A DNA stretch of 64,000 bases, taken from positions 25,146-89,145 of the forward strand of contig MEUZ01000007.1 of assembly GCA_001772615.1 (NCBI GenBank). Reading direction: 5' to 3'. The DNA comes from a candidate division WWE3 bacterium RIFCSPHIGHO2_01_FULL_40_23. GTDB lineage: Bacteria; Patescibacteriota; WWE3; UBA101185; 2-01-FULL-41-18. The position numbers and the translations under genes were made by a program. The notes under the pieces are model-generated. The model was given only the letters and a program-made list of their open reading frames with translations. It ran no database searches and was not told where the DNA came from. This document shows positions 49,034 through 59,412 of the stretch, in pieces (the first letter of the stretch is position 1; each line of letters opens with the position of its first letter).

Positions 49034-49660
49034 TTACCTTTGATACAAGCCGGTAAGTATACTCTGGGCTAAAATGTGGCCTTCCATGGCTTTTTCAAGA
49101 TCTTTCTTTCTTGAGTTTTGCGGTATATTTAACACTGTGTCCAAAGCGTGGAGCTTTAACTGGTATCTGTGAGTACCCGAAGGCGGACACGGGCCCCCAT
49201 ACCCATTCTTTCCAAAATCATTTAAGCCTTGAATGGCACCTCTTGGCACACTGTTCTCCAAAACCTCGGTTGCCCCGCCTCCAATATTCCACAATAGCCA
49301 GTGTGTCCAATCGCCTGCCGGAGCATCGGGATCATCAACAATTAACGCAAAACTTTGAGCCCTTCCTGGCGCTTCATTTATTAACAAAGGCGGATTAACA
49401 TTATCTCCGTCACAAGTATACTTTGAAGGAATGTATTCATTATTTTTAAAAGAAGAACTTTCAAGCTTCATAGCGTTTTCCACTACATCTTTCTCACCAA
49501 TGGGTTTTTCAACGGGCCCCTCTTTGAGAGTCTTTCCCCGTACTATCACAAAAATTATAGCACCAGTAAAAACTAAAATAACAATAATAAAGGATAACAA
49601 GAGTTGCCTACTTTTATTCTCCATAACTGTCTTGGTAAAATTATAGCTTTTGATTAACAA
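49034..49660 (-). CDS. YbhB/YbcL (PEBP/Raf-kinase-inhibitor-like) family protein, membrane-anchored
   Basis: DPDAPAGDWTHWLLWNI; GTHRY. Confidence 0.75.
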   Translation of the reverse strand: MLIKSYNFTKTVMENKSRQLLLSFIIVILVFTGAIIFVIVRGKTLKEGPVEKPIGEKDVVENAMKLESSSFKNNEYIPSKYTCDGDNVNPPLLINEAPGRAQSFALIVDDPDAPAGDWTHWLLWNIGGGATEVLENSVPRGAIQGLNDFGKNGYGGPCPPSGTHRYQLKLHALDTVLNIPQNSRKKDLEKAMEGHILAQSILTGLYQR

Positions 49661-49680
49661 ATTAAAAAGGCCGTCGGATT

Positions 49681-50022
49681 TTATTCAGACGGCTCTGGAC
49701 GGTTGAACATGATGCTCCCCAGGTTCACCACGTGGAAACCGTATGGAAGAACTCCCTCAACTTGATTTACATCAGTAAACTTCATTGCCTCCTCCAGATT
49801 TCCTTCGGGTTTACCTGTATGTCTTGTCAGGTCGCCACCCACAGTCAAGTATCTTGGTTCCTTTTTCTTGTCGTCCAATTTTGATTCAGGGTTATCCCCG
49901 CCGTAACCGTTATTTTTGTCTCTTTCAACCTCGGAGAGAACGAAATAGTCGGAGTCAACCCATTTTGCTCTTAAAACAGTCATCTCATGCCTCCTTCCTT
50001 TATTAACCATCTTATACACCAA
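49681..50022 (-). CDS. hypothetical protein
   Basis: ORF only. Confidence 0.35.
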   Translation of the reverse strand: MVYKMVNKGRRHEMTVLRAKWVDSDYFVLSEVERDKNNGYGGDNPESKLDDKKKEPRYLTVGGDLTRHTGKPEGNLEEAMKFTDVNQVEGVLPYGFHVVNLGSIMFNRPEPSE

Positions 50023-50039
50023 GCATAAAAATAAGACAA

Positions 50040-50675
50040 TCAGCCTTTTTGCTTTGAAACAAAGGGGTTGTCTTTAATATAAAACCTCCAGGGTTTATGC
50101 TCATATTCCTCGGCGTAGCTTATTCCCATTCTTTTTGAGGTCCCAGTTACAAAGTTATCCTTATCCCCTTCTCCCACATAAAAGGAACCACTGTTTATTA
50201 AATCATGATTGTTGTGGGATTTGTTAATACCTAAAGCTCTTGTAAGTTTCCCAGGGCCGGAAGCTATGATTTTCAGAAGCTTAGATTCCCACTTTCCCGC
50301 CAAGAGGGCGGGCAAGCGCGGAAATGACATATCGTTTAATCCTCTATTTTTGGACATCACGGAAATTCCCTGTATAGGCTCTATAGCGCGGATTAAAACC
50401 GCGGAGGGGAAACCTTCTTTCTCCGTCACAATGTTTAGCATAAAATACATCCCATAAGTGAGATAAACATAAGTAAAGCCGGCAGGACCCCACATCGGAA
50501 AACAGATTTCTTTCTTTCTCCATCTTGCGTGGCAAGCCTTATCTTCAGTCCCGATATACGCCTCGGTTTCAACAATTTTTCCAACCAATCCGTCTTTATA
50601 TAGAAACTTACCTAAAAGCTCCCTCGCAACGGTTAGAGTATCTCTTGAGTAAAATTCTCTTTTTAGGCGCTTCAT
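50040..50675 (-). CDS. DNA-3-methyladenine glycosylase (Mpg/AAG family)
   Basis: GKIVETEAYIGTEDKACHA...GPAGFTYVYLTYGMYFMLNIV. Confidence 0.8.
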   Translation of the reverse strand: MKRLKREFYSRDTLTVARELLGKFLYKDGLVGKIVETEAYIGTEDKACHARWRKKEICFPMWGPAGFTYVYLTYGMYFMLNIVTEKEGFPSAVLIRAIEPIQGISVMSKNRGLNDMSFPRLPALLAGKWESKLLKIIASGPGKLTRALGINKSHNNHDLINSGSFYVGEGDKDNFVTGTSKRMGISYAEEYEHKPWRFYIKDNPFVSKQKG

Positions 50676-50742
50676 AGCAAAATTTTACACCATGTCATCC
50701 CTGCACCTGTCCGCTCCGCCGGCCGGCGGATGGCAGGAAAGC

Positions 50743-51555
50743 ATGGATCCCATTGGAACTACCGAAGAGATTCCGGATCAAGTCCGCAATGACATAGTGA
50801 CGTCAGAACGTGGGGAAAAACGTTTGTGTGCTAAAATCACACCAAAACCAAGTAAGATAGGAGAGATTACAATGTCAAACCCCCCATTTACCGAAGGGCA
50901 ACTTACTTCGTATCTGCAGGTTGCGGTGGTTAGGAAGCAGCTGCTCCGTGTGCTTTCACAACAAGAAACCGATAGGGTGATGAGTGAATTGGAAAAAGAG
51001 ACAGTTACCGTCCCGCTTCACCTGGCCAAAGATCTCAAAGATCTTTTTGAATTTCTTGAACTGGCGTGGACGGATGAGCTTGAAGAATCGATGGAGAGTC
51101 TGAAGACCCTCATTGAGATTCTTGAAGCTTCAAATTTTAGAAAGCGAAAAAGACTTCCTGCCGGAAAAGTAAGAAAGATCTTAAGAGCGTTTCGAAGCTT
51201 TTTGATATCACTGGAAGCCGACCAGGACCTGATTACAGCGGCAGAGGTGCTGGTTAATGAAATTGACTATGTCTCCCAGTTGGTTAAGCTGAACCGCATC
51301 TTAAAAAACATTATCATAAACCTTAGGGCCGCCATCAAGGAGATGAAAAACGAGTTTGAGATGCAAAAGTTAGAGAGAGAACCTGAAGAGGTTTCTAAGG
51401 ACGAGATGAAGAGAAAAATCGAAATGGTTCTTGAAAGAATTGTTCTTGAGCTTAAGGCTTCAGACAAGCTTCCTGAAGACCTAAATGACTGGAGGCAAAT
51501 TGAAGGACTTCCCACTGCTCTTAGGCTTTTCATCCTTCAGGAAATCCTGTCCTGA
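50743..51555 (+). CDS. hypothetical coiled-coil protein; start probably at MDPIGTT (50743) rather than the track start
   Basis: RBS AGGAAAG before the 50743 ATG; GC-rich palindrome lies upstream. Confidence 0.45.
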   Translation: MDPIGTTEEIPDQVRNDIVTSERGEKRLCAKITPKPSKIGEITMSNPPFTEGQLTSYLQVAVVRKQLLRVLSQQETDRVMSELEKETVTVPLHLAKDLKDLFEFLELAWTDELEESMESLKTLIEILEASNFRKRKRLPAGKVRKILRAFRSFLISLEADQDLITAAEVLVNEIDYVSQLVKLNRILKNIIINLRAAIKEMKNEFEMQKLEREPEEVSKDEMKRKIEMVLERIVLELKASDKLPEDLNDWRQIEGLPTALRLFILQEILS

Positions 51556-51591
51556 AACTTGGGGATACAGGCGTAAAAACCCTCTTTACGC

Positions 51592-52989
51592 CTATTTTAT
51601 TTGCGTCCCACTAGGAGTGTCTTCCACCACAAAACCCTTCCGTTCAATTTCAGCTCTTATTTTATCCGCCTCATCAAATTCTTTATTTTCTCTTAGCTCA
51701 TCTCTTTTTTTGGCAAGATCTAAAATTTCCAGTGGTACCTCTCGCCTTAAGTTCACTTCAGAAAAGTCATCAAATCCAAGCCCGAATATTTTATCCGCCT
51801 GAATGAGACTTACGTAAGGAACATTTGGATGCTTTGCCATTTCCCAAAAAACACCGAGCGCTTTAGGTATATTAAGATCGTCATTAACGGCTGAAAGGAG
51901 TGCTACATTGAAATTATTTACTATTCTTAAATCTTCAGGATAATTTTCCGGAATCGCTTTTTTAGCTGCGGCAAGTTCGTAGAGATGCGAAAGAGAATTC
52001 TCCGCACCTCTTAGAGCGTCCCAAGTAAAATTTAACTTTTGCCTGTAATGCGTATTTAAAAACAAATATCTTAATTGCAGAGGATGAAATCCGCGATCTT
52101 TAACATCCTTAAGTCTATAAAAATTATTTAACGACTTGCTCATTTTGCCCCCATCAACAAGCAGAAACTCGTGATGAACCCAGTATCTTACAAAAGGTTT
52201 GCCCGTTGCTCCTTCTGACTGGGCTATCTCATTTTCATGATGAACGGGGATATGATCCACACCTCCCGTGTGTATATCTATAGTATCCCCAAGATACTTC
52301 ATGGACATGGCTGAACATTCAATATGCCAGCCGGGGAAACCGTCCCCCCAAGGCGATTCCCAATGCATCGCGTGATCTTTATGAACCCCTACCCTTTTAA
52401 CCCACAGGGCAAAGTCATAAGGATTTTTCTTTTCGCTGTCTATTATCACATCATCTCTTACACCGACTTTTTTCTCAGATAAATCTTGCCCTGAAAGCCT
52501 TCCATAATCTTTAAACTTCCCAACGTCAAAATAAACGGCGGAGGAAGTCTCATACGCAAAGCTCTTTTGAAAGAGTGCCTTAATTAGATCCACTTGTGCA
52601 TCAATATTTTCTGTGGCTCTACAAATAATATCTGGGGGCAAGATATTCATCTTCCCAACAGAATCGTTAAAGTCCTTTTCGTAAAATCTAGCCACGTCCC
52701 AGACGCTTTTACCTTCTCTTTTGGCCCCTTTTTCAAGCTTGTCTTCCCCTTCGTCCGCATCCGAAGCCAGATGTCCCACATCAGTAACATTTTGCACGTG
52801 CTTAACTTTGTAGCCGTTATAAATTAATGCCCGTTTAAGTAAATCATCACCCGTGTACTTTCTTAAATGGCCTATGTGGGTATAATCATAAACCGTCGGG
52901 CCGCAGGTATATAAAGTAGCATTAGGCGGATCTAAAGGCTTAAACCCCTCTACTTTTCTTGAAAGCGAGTTGTAAATTGAAAAGACCAT
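51592..52989 (-). CDS. cysS: cysteinyl-tRNA synthetase
   Basis: HIGH (YTHIGHLR) and KMSKS (GKMSKSL) motifs. Confidence 0.9.
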   Translation of the reverse strand: MVFSIYNSLSRKVEGFKPLDPPNATLYTCGPTVYDYTHIGHLRKYTGDDLLKRALIYNGYKVKHVQNVTDVGHLASDADEGEDKLEKGAKREGKSVWDVARFYEKDFNDSVGKMNILPPDIICRATENIDAQVDLIKALFQKSFAYETSSAVYFDVGKFKDYGRLSGQDLSEKKVGVRDDVIIDSEKKNPYDFALWVKRVGVHKDHAMHWESPWGDGFPGWHIECSAMSMKYLGDTIDIHTGGVDHIPVHHENEIAQSEGATGKPFVRYWVHHEFLLVDGGKMSKSLNNFYRLKDVKDRGFHPLQLRYLFLNTHYRQKLNFTWDALRGAENSLSHLYELAAAKKAIPENYPEDLRIVNNFNVALLSAVNDDLNIPKALGVFWEMAKHPNVPYVSLIQADKIFGLGFDDFSEVNLRREVPLEILDLAKKRDELRENKEFDEADKIRAEIERKGFVVEDTPSGTQIK

Positions 52990-52992
52990 ATC

Positions 52993-53739
52993 TTGATTAT
53001 ACTTAAAACCCTTGCTTTTTTGAATGTGGTATTATGTGCGGAAATCCAAAACGGAGAAAGGATGCGAGAAATGGAGGAGAAAAAGGTAGACGTTTGGCTC
53101 GCCCGGCTCGAAAGAACGGGAAGACTCCTACCGTTCAGGGTTGGCCAATGGGGGATCATGGCTCGAAATGAAGACCTACTCCTGATGCCAACTCCTGAAG
53201 GCTATGTGTTAGTTCTAAGGCTCACAGACTTCGCAACAAGGGCTAGGCAGATCATTCGGCTCAACGTTCCCGAAGCGATGATCAGCCTGGCAAGAATTTG
53301 TCTTACCGCCCAAGAGCTAACAAACAAGTCATATGCAATGGCGCTACTGGAGAGTTTGCGCTTTTCAGACCGGAATGGAAGTGTTGACCTACTTCACGGT
53401 GTTCCAACAAGAATCGTCTCTTTTCAACATCAGGACTTTGACGGGAGAACCGTGGAACGCCTTGGATTCGCGTCTCAAATGAAGGACACCATCATTCTCC
53501 CACATCCGGATATGCGCTGGGTGACGGTGCGCAGGTATTCAAAGTCAACCGGGTGTAGGGAGACGGGGATAAAAACTGGTTTGCCTTCAGGAGTCTATAG
53601 GGTTACTACCATACTCTTAGCACTCCAAGAAAATGTAAACAGTTACTTTGGCGTCATAACCAAGGCTATGGATCAAAACATTATCGAAGGGGCAAGGCCT
53701 GACTTCAGTCGTGTAGCGGTTACAGTAGGAGGAACCTAG
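52993..53739 (+). CDS. hypothetical protein, GC-elevated
   Basis: ORF only. Confidence 0.4.
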   Translation: MIILKTLAFLNVVLCAEIQNGERMREMEEKKVDVWLARLERTGRLLPFRVGQWGIMARNEDLLLMPTPEGYVLVLRLTDFATRARQIIRLNVPEAMISLARICLTAQELTNKSYAMALLESLRFSDRNGSVDLLHGVPTRIVSFQHQDFDGRTVERLGFASQMKDTIILPHPDMRWVTVRRYSKSTGCRETGIKTGLPSGVYRVTTILLALQENVNSYFGVITKAMDQNIIEGARPDFSRVAVTVGGT

Positions 53740-53792
53740 GGGCTTGGAAAGCAATATTTCAGGCCCCGCTTTTTTAGAGTACAGCTTACCCG

Positions 53793-54527
53793 TTAATTTG
53801 ATCTTTGTTTAACTTCCTCGTCTGAAATATATTTGTACGCCATAAGTAGAACCTTTAAATGATCCTTTGCATCAGAAATAGCCCCCTTTACATTTTCTAG
53901 ATTTGCTTCATCCACGTCACCTGGTTTTTTAGCTGCTTTAACATAACTCTCCATTGCACCCTCCTGGTTTTCTATATAATCCAGCCAGAACTGAAATTGA
54001 AAAGATACAAGAGTTTTTGACGCCTCTACATCAGCAAAATCCCGACTTCCTGACTCAAAATTTCCTGCTCGCTTAAGTAGATGTTCAAGAGTAAGTAACA
54101 TTCCTTTCTCATCAACTTCGTCCTCCGCAATTTGAGATCTCAAATCCCCAAACAGCTCTTTTTCAATCTCACCGCCTCCCTTCAAACCCTTAATTTTCAA
54201 CATTTGATCATAAAAATATACAAGATGGGATGTTTCCATAACTCTTTTAAAAGCTTCATCATCAATCCCCTGATTTCTCTCTCCTTTCTCATCAACAACG
54301 CCACCCTCCATAAGCTTTTCCTTATCCTCCTCCCTTTTTATAGCTTCTTTAAGGGATCTTTTGCCCTTTATATCCCTTCCAACTTCATTAACAATTTCAT
54401 AAAACGCGGATTCGTTTTCCTTGGGATCCGATACCAACTCTTTATATTCCCATTCACTTAAACCCAAAGCATTTGGTAAAGGCACTTCATATGAAAATGG
54501 AATTTCATCACCCCTGCCAAATTTCAT
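53793..54527 (-). CDS. hypothetical acidic protein
   Basis: ORF overlapping recR by 4 nt. Confidence 0.45.
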   Translation of the reverse strand: MKFGRGDEIPFSYEVPLPNALGLSEWEYKELVSDPKENESAFYEIVNEVGRDIKGKRSLKEAIKREEDKEKLMEGGVVDEKGERNQGIDDEAFKRVMETSHLVYFYDQMLKIKGLKGGGEIEKELFGDLRSQIAEDEVDEKGMLLTLEHLLKRAGNFESGSRDFADVEASKTLVSFQFQFWLDYIENQEGAMESYVKAAKKPGDVDEANLENVKGAISDAKDHLKVLLMAYKYISDEEVKQRSN

Positions 54528-55216
54528 AAATTAAAACTAACCCTCCCTTCAAGCGCACGCTTTAAGGTAATGTCATCAGCATAAACTATATCTCCTCCAA
54601 CGGGAAGGCCGCGCCCGATCCTTGTTATCTTAACGGCGGAGGATTGCCCATTTAAACCACTTATAAGTTTAGAAATGTACATCGCCGTTGACTCCCCTTC
54701 CATATTTGTGTTTGTGGCAAGTATTACTTCTTTAATTTCCCCCGAAGCGGCACTATCAAGAACATCACCTGAAAGGTAATTGTAAGCGCTTCCTTCGGTT
54801 CCTTCAGAAGCCGCACTCTCTCTTTTTAGCCTTTTCATCAGGTCATTTATATATAAATCATCCGGTCCGATATTATTAAGTGGGCTTATAACCCCGTGGA
54901 TCACATGATACAAACCCTTAAACCCAGCCTTTTCAAGAGCTAAAACATCAAGTGGGCTCTCAACAACGGCGATCACTTCCCTATCCCTCCCGCGATCAGT
55001 GCAGACTTCACAGGGATCGTCTTCGCCCACATTTCTGCAGATACTGCAGATTTTAGTGCCAAGCTTTAAACTACTCACGGATGAAGAGAGCATTTCAAGC
55101 TCCTCTGAAGGGACATGCAAAAGATAAAAAGTAAGCCTCTGCGCGGTTTTTGGCCCTATTCCCGGGAGCCTTTCAAATGCCTCTATTAAATTACGGATGG
55201 ATTTAGGTATTTTCAT
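54524..55216 (-). CDS. recR: recombination protein RecR
   Basis: C4 zinc finger CSICRNVGEDDPCEVC; Toprim; classic dnaX-recR order. Confidence 0.9.
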   Translation of the reverse strand: MKIPKSIRNLIEAFERLPGIGPKTAQRLTFYLLHVPSEELEMLSSSVSSLKLGTKICSICRNVGEDDPCEVCTDRGRDREVIAVVESPLDVLALEKAGFKGLYHVIHGVISPLNNIGPDDLYINDLMKRLKRESAASEGTEGSAYNYLSGDVLDSAASGEIKEVILATNTNMEGESTAMYISKLISGLNGQSSAVKITRIGRGLPVGGDIVYADDITLKRALEGRVSFNL

Positions 55217-56745
55217 ACCACAATCTCCCCATCAAACACTTCTATCGCGCTTTTTACCATCTTGGAATCTTTTGGAAGCTCTATATTTTTATCCGTCAGA
55301 TTCTCCCCGCCTTTAGACTTAAGCACATATTTGACCTTAACATTTACTCCAAACATATTCTTTAAAACCCTTTCAATGACTTCCTTAGCTTTCGGAGTCT
55401 CAAGCCTCTCTTTATGAAAAGCATAAAATACTTCCAAGGTTAAGTTATTGTTCTTAAGAGATGCGGGCTTACTTGATCTTAAAAGCGCTTCAACCGAGTG
55501 ATTAAAAGGCTTAACCTCCTTTAAGATCTCATTCCATCTTTCAAGAAGGGAATCAAAAGAAACAGCTCCTAAATCAGCATTTTTTCCTCTACCCTCTTTT
55601 GAAACATCTTCCTCATCTTCCGCTTCTGATTCATCTGCGTTCACTTCACCCTTTTCCCTCTCCGACACCTCAACCAACGCCACTTCAATCGGAAGCGAGG
55701 GAATAAAAGAGCCTTTAATATCCCAAGAAGCTTTTAAAAGCCTGTCAATTATTTTCACAAGTTCAGAGGAAGATAATTTTGACGCCTGATCTTCCATATG
55801 GGCAAAAATATCATCCGTTACTCCCGAAACGCCCTTTTCAAAACCAGCCTGTATATATAACAAGTCCCTCAAATACCTTAAGTACTCATTGGTCCAGCTT
55901 GACAAATCTATCCCCTCCTCAAAAAGCTCGTTTACAAGTTCAAGGCAGGCCTGGGTTTTACCTGACACGATATAATCGGTAAGTTTTACAAAGCTTAAAA
56001 TCCCGCCGGCACCGACAAGAGAAGAAACGTCAAGCCCCCCTTCAATTACCTGCTGCAAAAGGGTGTCTGCATCCCTGAAACCGCCTAAGGAGGCAGATGC
56101 TATCTTCTCAAGATCAGAATCCGAGACTTTAGCACCTTCTTTTTTGCAAAGTTCCTTTAACCTTTCAACTAACTGCTTTATAGATGCTCTTTTAAACTTA
56201 AAGACCTGGCACCTTGATTTGATTGTGTCAGGTACTTTGTGAGATTCGGTTGTACAAAGGATAAAAACGGCGTGCCTAGGGGGCTCTTCAAGAGTCTTAA
56301 GAAGTGCGTTAAAAGCTTCCATGGTAAGCATATGAACTTCATCAACCACATAAACTTTATATTTTGCCGAAACAGGGGTTAAGTTGATTTTATCCTTAAG
56401 CTCTCTGATGTCATCTATTCCTCTGTTGCTTGCGGCATCAATTTCTATAAGATCTAAAAACCTGCCTTCGGTTATTGCTTTACAGGAGTCACACTTGTCA
56501 CAGGGATCGCCTTCTTTTGAGAGGTGTTTGCAGTTTAAGGCTTTTGTGAAAATTCTTGCGGTGGTGGTTTTTCCCGTGCCTCTGGGACCGATAAAAAGAT
56601 AGGCATGCCCGGTTTTGTTTGAAGTAATCTGATTGGAAAGGGCGGCTGCGGCGTCATTAGGCTTTGAAATCTCGGAGAATTTTTGGGGGCGGTATTTCCT
56701 ATAAAACATAATAGCGGCTAGACGAATCAAAGTATACTTTTGCAA
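55213..56745 (-). CDS. dnaX: DNA polymerase III subunit gamma/tau
   Basis: Walker A GPRGTGKTT; zinc module CKHLSKEGDPCDKCDSC; VVDEVHM. Confidence 0.9.
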   Translation of the reverse strand: MQKYTLIRLAAIMFYRKYRPQKFSEISKPNDAAAALSNQITSNKTGHAYLFIGPRGTGKTTTARIFTKALNCKHLSKEGDPCDKCDSCKAITEGRFLDLIEIDAASNRGIDDIRELKDKINLTPVSAKYKVYVVDEVHMLTMEAFNALLKTLEEPPRHAVFILCTTESHKVPDTIKSRCQVFKFKRASIKQLVERLKELCKKEGAKVSDSDLEKIASASLGGFRDADTLLQQVIEGGLDVSSLVGAGGILSFVKLTDYIVSGKTQACLELVNELFEEGIDLSSWTNEYLRYLRDLLYIQAGFEKGVSGVTDDIFAHMEDQASKLSSSELVKIIDRLLKASWDIKGSFIPSLPIEVALVEVSEREKGEVNADESEAEDEEDVSKEGRGKNADLGAVSFDSLLERWNEILKEVKPFNHSVEALLRSSKPASLKNNNLTLEVFYAFHKERLETPKAKEVIERVLKNMFGVNVKVKYVLKSKGGENLTDKNIELPKDSKMVKSAIEVFDGEIVV

Positions 56746-56825
56746 CGTGCTTTTTACAATACCGGGCCAGGTAGTCCTATGGACCAGGTCAGGTCCGGGT
56801 CGCGACCTGGTCCTAACAAAAAAGG

Positions 56826-56848
56826 AGAAGTTTTTAGACTTCTCCTTA
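56826..56848 (-). terminator. rho-independent terminator for the 56866..57330 gene (ggagaagu..acuucucc + U6 on the minus strand)
   Basis: 8-bp stem followed by TTTTTT on the minus strand. Confidence 0.55.
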
Positions 56849-56865
56849 GTGAAGATGGGCAGTTT

Positions 56866-57330
56866 CTAACGAAGTATGTATCCCCATAACTTCGTGAGAA
56901 GGCAGTACTTAAAAGAAATTGTCTGCCTGCCAACCCGATAGCCGACATATGGTATCTGGTAAACACCGTATTCAACGACCAGATCCTGGTTGTATATACC
57001 AAGGGGGTAGAACGTAAGCTTAAACGGATCAGATCTATCCCACACCGCCCCTTCGGTTAAGGACATAATCAGCTCACTGTTTGGGGCAAAAAACTTTCCG
57101 TACAGCCAGTCAGTCTTTAACCTGGTTATCCCCCTCTGCCGGTCAACATCAACAGAGAAAGCTTGGCCAGCCACGGGCAACCCTTCAAAAACCACGCCGT
57201 TTTCAAACACCACCTTATCACCAAACCCGTACACAGTGGGTTCATAGCAAGTGTTGAATACCAGATAAATCAGGGACGACGTGATCAAAAAAAGAACGAC
57301 TAGAAGAAAAACGAGAATTTTCCTTTTCAT
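56866..57330 (-). CDS. hypothetical secreted protein
   Basis: N-terminal signal/TM MKRKILVFLLVVLFLITSSLIYLVF. Confidence 0.5.
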   Translation of the reverse strand: MKRKILVFLLVVLFLITSSLIYLVFNTCYEPTVYGFGDKVVFENGVVFEGLPVAGQAFSVDVDRQRGITRLKTDWLYGKFFAPNSELIMSLTEGAVWDRSDPFKLTFYPLGIYNQDLVVEYGVYQIPYVGYRVGRQTISFKYCLLTKLWGYILR

Positions 57331-57351
57331 GTCTACTCTCCTTTTTAGAGC

Positions 57352-57885
57352 CTAAAGGTTTAGGAATCCGTCAATTTTGTCATAAATCTTCTTTTCAAAC
57401 AAATCTTTTAAATTTGAGATCTCTTCATCACTAAATTTCTCCAGAACATAGTCTTCAACTTCATATTTTTTATCAAGAGGTCGCCCTACACCCATCCTTA
57501 AACGAAAAAAATCACTTGTCCCAAGCTTTGAAAAAATATCCTCCACTCCGTGATGCCCCGCCGCTTGGCTACCCTTTTTAAGCTTAAACTCCCCTTTTAT
57601 AAGATCTACATCATCATGAATCACTAAAAGATTGGAAAGGTCAATATTATAAAAATGAACAAGTTTTGAAACGCTCTCCCCCACTCTGTTCATAAAAGTC
57701 TGTGGTTTTGCGTAAATCACGCCCTCCTCTCTATAAACATGGGCGTTAAACTTAGTTTCTGAAAGCCAGACAATACCGTCCCCGACTTTTTTAGCGACAA
57801 AAGCGTTCAGTATTAAAAACCCCGCGTTATGCCTGGTGTATTCATACTTTTCCCCTGGATTTCCAAGACCGACAACAAGTTTCAT
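57352..57885 (-). CDS. pth: peptidyl-tRNA hydrolase
   Basis: MKLVVGLGNPGEKYEYTRHNAGF. Confidence 0.9.
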   Translation of the reverse strand: MKLVVGLGNPGEKYEYTRHNAGFLILNAFVAKKVGDGIVWLSETKFNAHVYREEGVIYAKPQTFMNRVGESVSKLVHFYNIDLSNLLVIHDDVDLIKGEFKLKKGSQAAGHHGVEDIFSKLGTSDFFRLRMGVGRPLDKKYEVEDYVLEKFSDEEISNLKDLFEKKIYDKIDGFLNL

Positions 57886-57940
57886 AATCTTACCTCTCTT
57901 TGGAAACTGGACATATACCCTCCAGGCACGTGTCCTCTAT

Positions 57941-58225
57941 TTATGCATCATCCTCATGGTGTACACCTTGAAGGTGAAGCATTCCATGAGCAACAAGTTC
58001 TGCTATTTCCTCCTCATAAGTATTGCCAAATTCTTTGGCTTGTCTTTTTGCCTGATCAACATTAATCACTATGTCACCAAGATAAAATTTCCCTGCCTCA
58101 AGCTTTTCATTAATATTAAAAGATAAAACATCAGTCGTGTAATCCTTCCCGCGATGCTTTTTGTTAAGCCTTTTCATCTCAAGATCCCCTACAAATGAAA
58201 CATTTACGTAGCTTTTTTTCTTCAT
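57941..58225 (-). CDS. ybeY: endoribonuclease YbeY (short form)
   Basis: TDVLSF and HGMLHLQGVHH zinc motif. Confidence 0.75.
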   Translation of the reverse strand: MKKKSYVNVSFVGDLEMKRLNKKHRGKDYTTDVLSFNINEKLEAGKFYLGDIVINVDQAKRQAKEFGNTYEEEIAELVAHGMLHLQGVHHEDDA

Positions 58226-58262
58226 CAGTCAAGAATAACAATTTATGAAGTTTTTAACAAAA

Positions 58263-58523
58263 TTACCCGGAAATAAGTCTGACTAGAATAGAGGGAAGCT
58301 GAAGCCCTCCAAAAATAAGAAGTGCAAGCTTAACAAAATTCATCAGCCTTCTTTTTGTGTTCTCACTTTCAAACCTTCTCGCGTTAGCAAAAATAAAAAC
58401 GGCAACAGACAAAGGAAGGAATATAAAAAAACCAAGCTTTGAGAAAAACACCGCGAAAGTTTGAAAGACGTTGCTTGCGTCCACCATGTATAAATTAAAA
58501 CATATTCCCGGACCATTATTCAA
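58263..58523 (-). CDS. small hypothetical membrane protein
   Basis: Two hydrophobic segments. Confidence 0.35.
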   Translation of the reverse strand: MNNGPGICFNLYMVDASNVFQTFAVFFSKLGFFIFLPLSVAVFIFANARRFESENTKRRLMNFVKLALLIFGGLQLPSILVRLISG

Positions 58524-58592
58524 GCCAAAACCATCGGTCTAAGAGCCCGGTCAGCTTTTTACAAACTATCCCGGGCATCAAGTACTTATCCG

Positions 58593-58925
58593 TTAAATCC
58601 TCTGAACTGAGCTGATGAACCTCAAAACAGATTCAACTGGAAGAAAAAGCCCCTCTATGTTTCCCATGAATTCATCAGCGGAACCAAGAAGGTATCCTCC
58701 TTTGCGAAGTTCACCGTGCATTCCAACGAGAGCGATGACAGCCTCATCCCCTACAGGATGCAGCACCGTAACAAAACCTTCCCCCTCCCTACTAAAGTAC
58801 ATAACGTAAGCCCCCCAAGCATCCCCTTTCTCCATTTCCAAAAATGCGGCTAGGTCTCTTAACTTAAGCCAAAACCTCTGAGCATCTGGATGCTCATACA
58901 GTTGGAGGTTAACTCGCCGAGGCAT
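58593..58925 (-). CDS. hypothetical protein, GC-elevated; paralog of 59009..59347
   Basis: Shares RFWLKLRDLAAF vs GFWVNIGDLARF with neighbour. Confidence 0.45.
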   Translation of the reverse strand: MPRRVNLQLYEHPDAQRFWLKLRDLAAFLEMEKGDAWGAYVMYFSREGEGFVTVLHPVGDEAVIALVGMHGELRKGGYLLGSADEFMGNIEGLFLPVESVLRFISSVQRI

Positions 58926-59008
58926 CTCAAATCTCCTTTCAAGGTGAATTCAGGAAATCCGAAAAAGAGGCTAAGATTTTTCTTAGCCCCAAACACGGGC
59001 AGACTATT

Positions 59009-59347
59009 TTATTTTAATAGAACCTCAATCACCTCCAGCGCATACTCAATCTGGATGTAAAGTTCTCCTCCCCACCTCTTAAAGAAGATGCTTTCGGAGC
59101 CAAGAGCTAAACTACTGGGGAAGTGAATATAGGCAATCCGCGGTGTAGTACCATAAAGCATCCTCTCTTTATCTTCCGGCCAGGCAACTGGCGCATAACC
59201 CGGACAGGTAGTGAAAAGCGCAAAATAAACCTCCCATACACGCCAAACCGGTTCTTGGCAAAACCTGGCTAAATCCCCAATGTTAACCCAAAAACCCTCA
59301 CCGTCTCGCATCTTACTAATGGTTAACTGCTGGGTCCCGTTTTGCAT
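59009..59347 (-). CDS. hypothetical protein, paralog of 58593..58925
   Basis: See above. Confidence 0.45.
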   Translation of the reverse strand: MQNGTQQLTISKMRDGEGFWVNIGDLARFCQEPVWRVWEVYFALFTTCPGYAPVAWPEDKERMLYGTTPRIAYIHFPSSLALGSESIFFKRWGGELYIQIEYALEVIEVLLK

Positions 59348-59412
59348 TTCTCCCTCCGAATTGACTCCAAAACTAAAAAGGTTTTGAGCTGTAATTTAAG
59401 ACAATTCCATAC

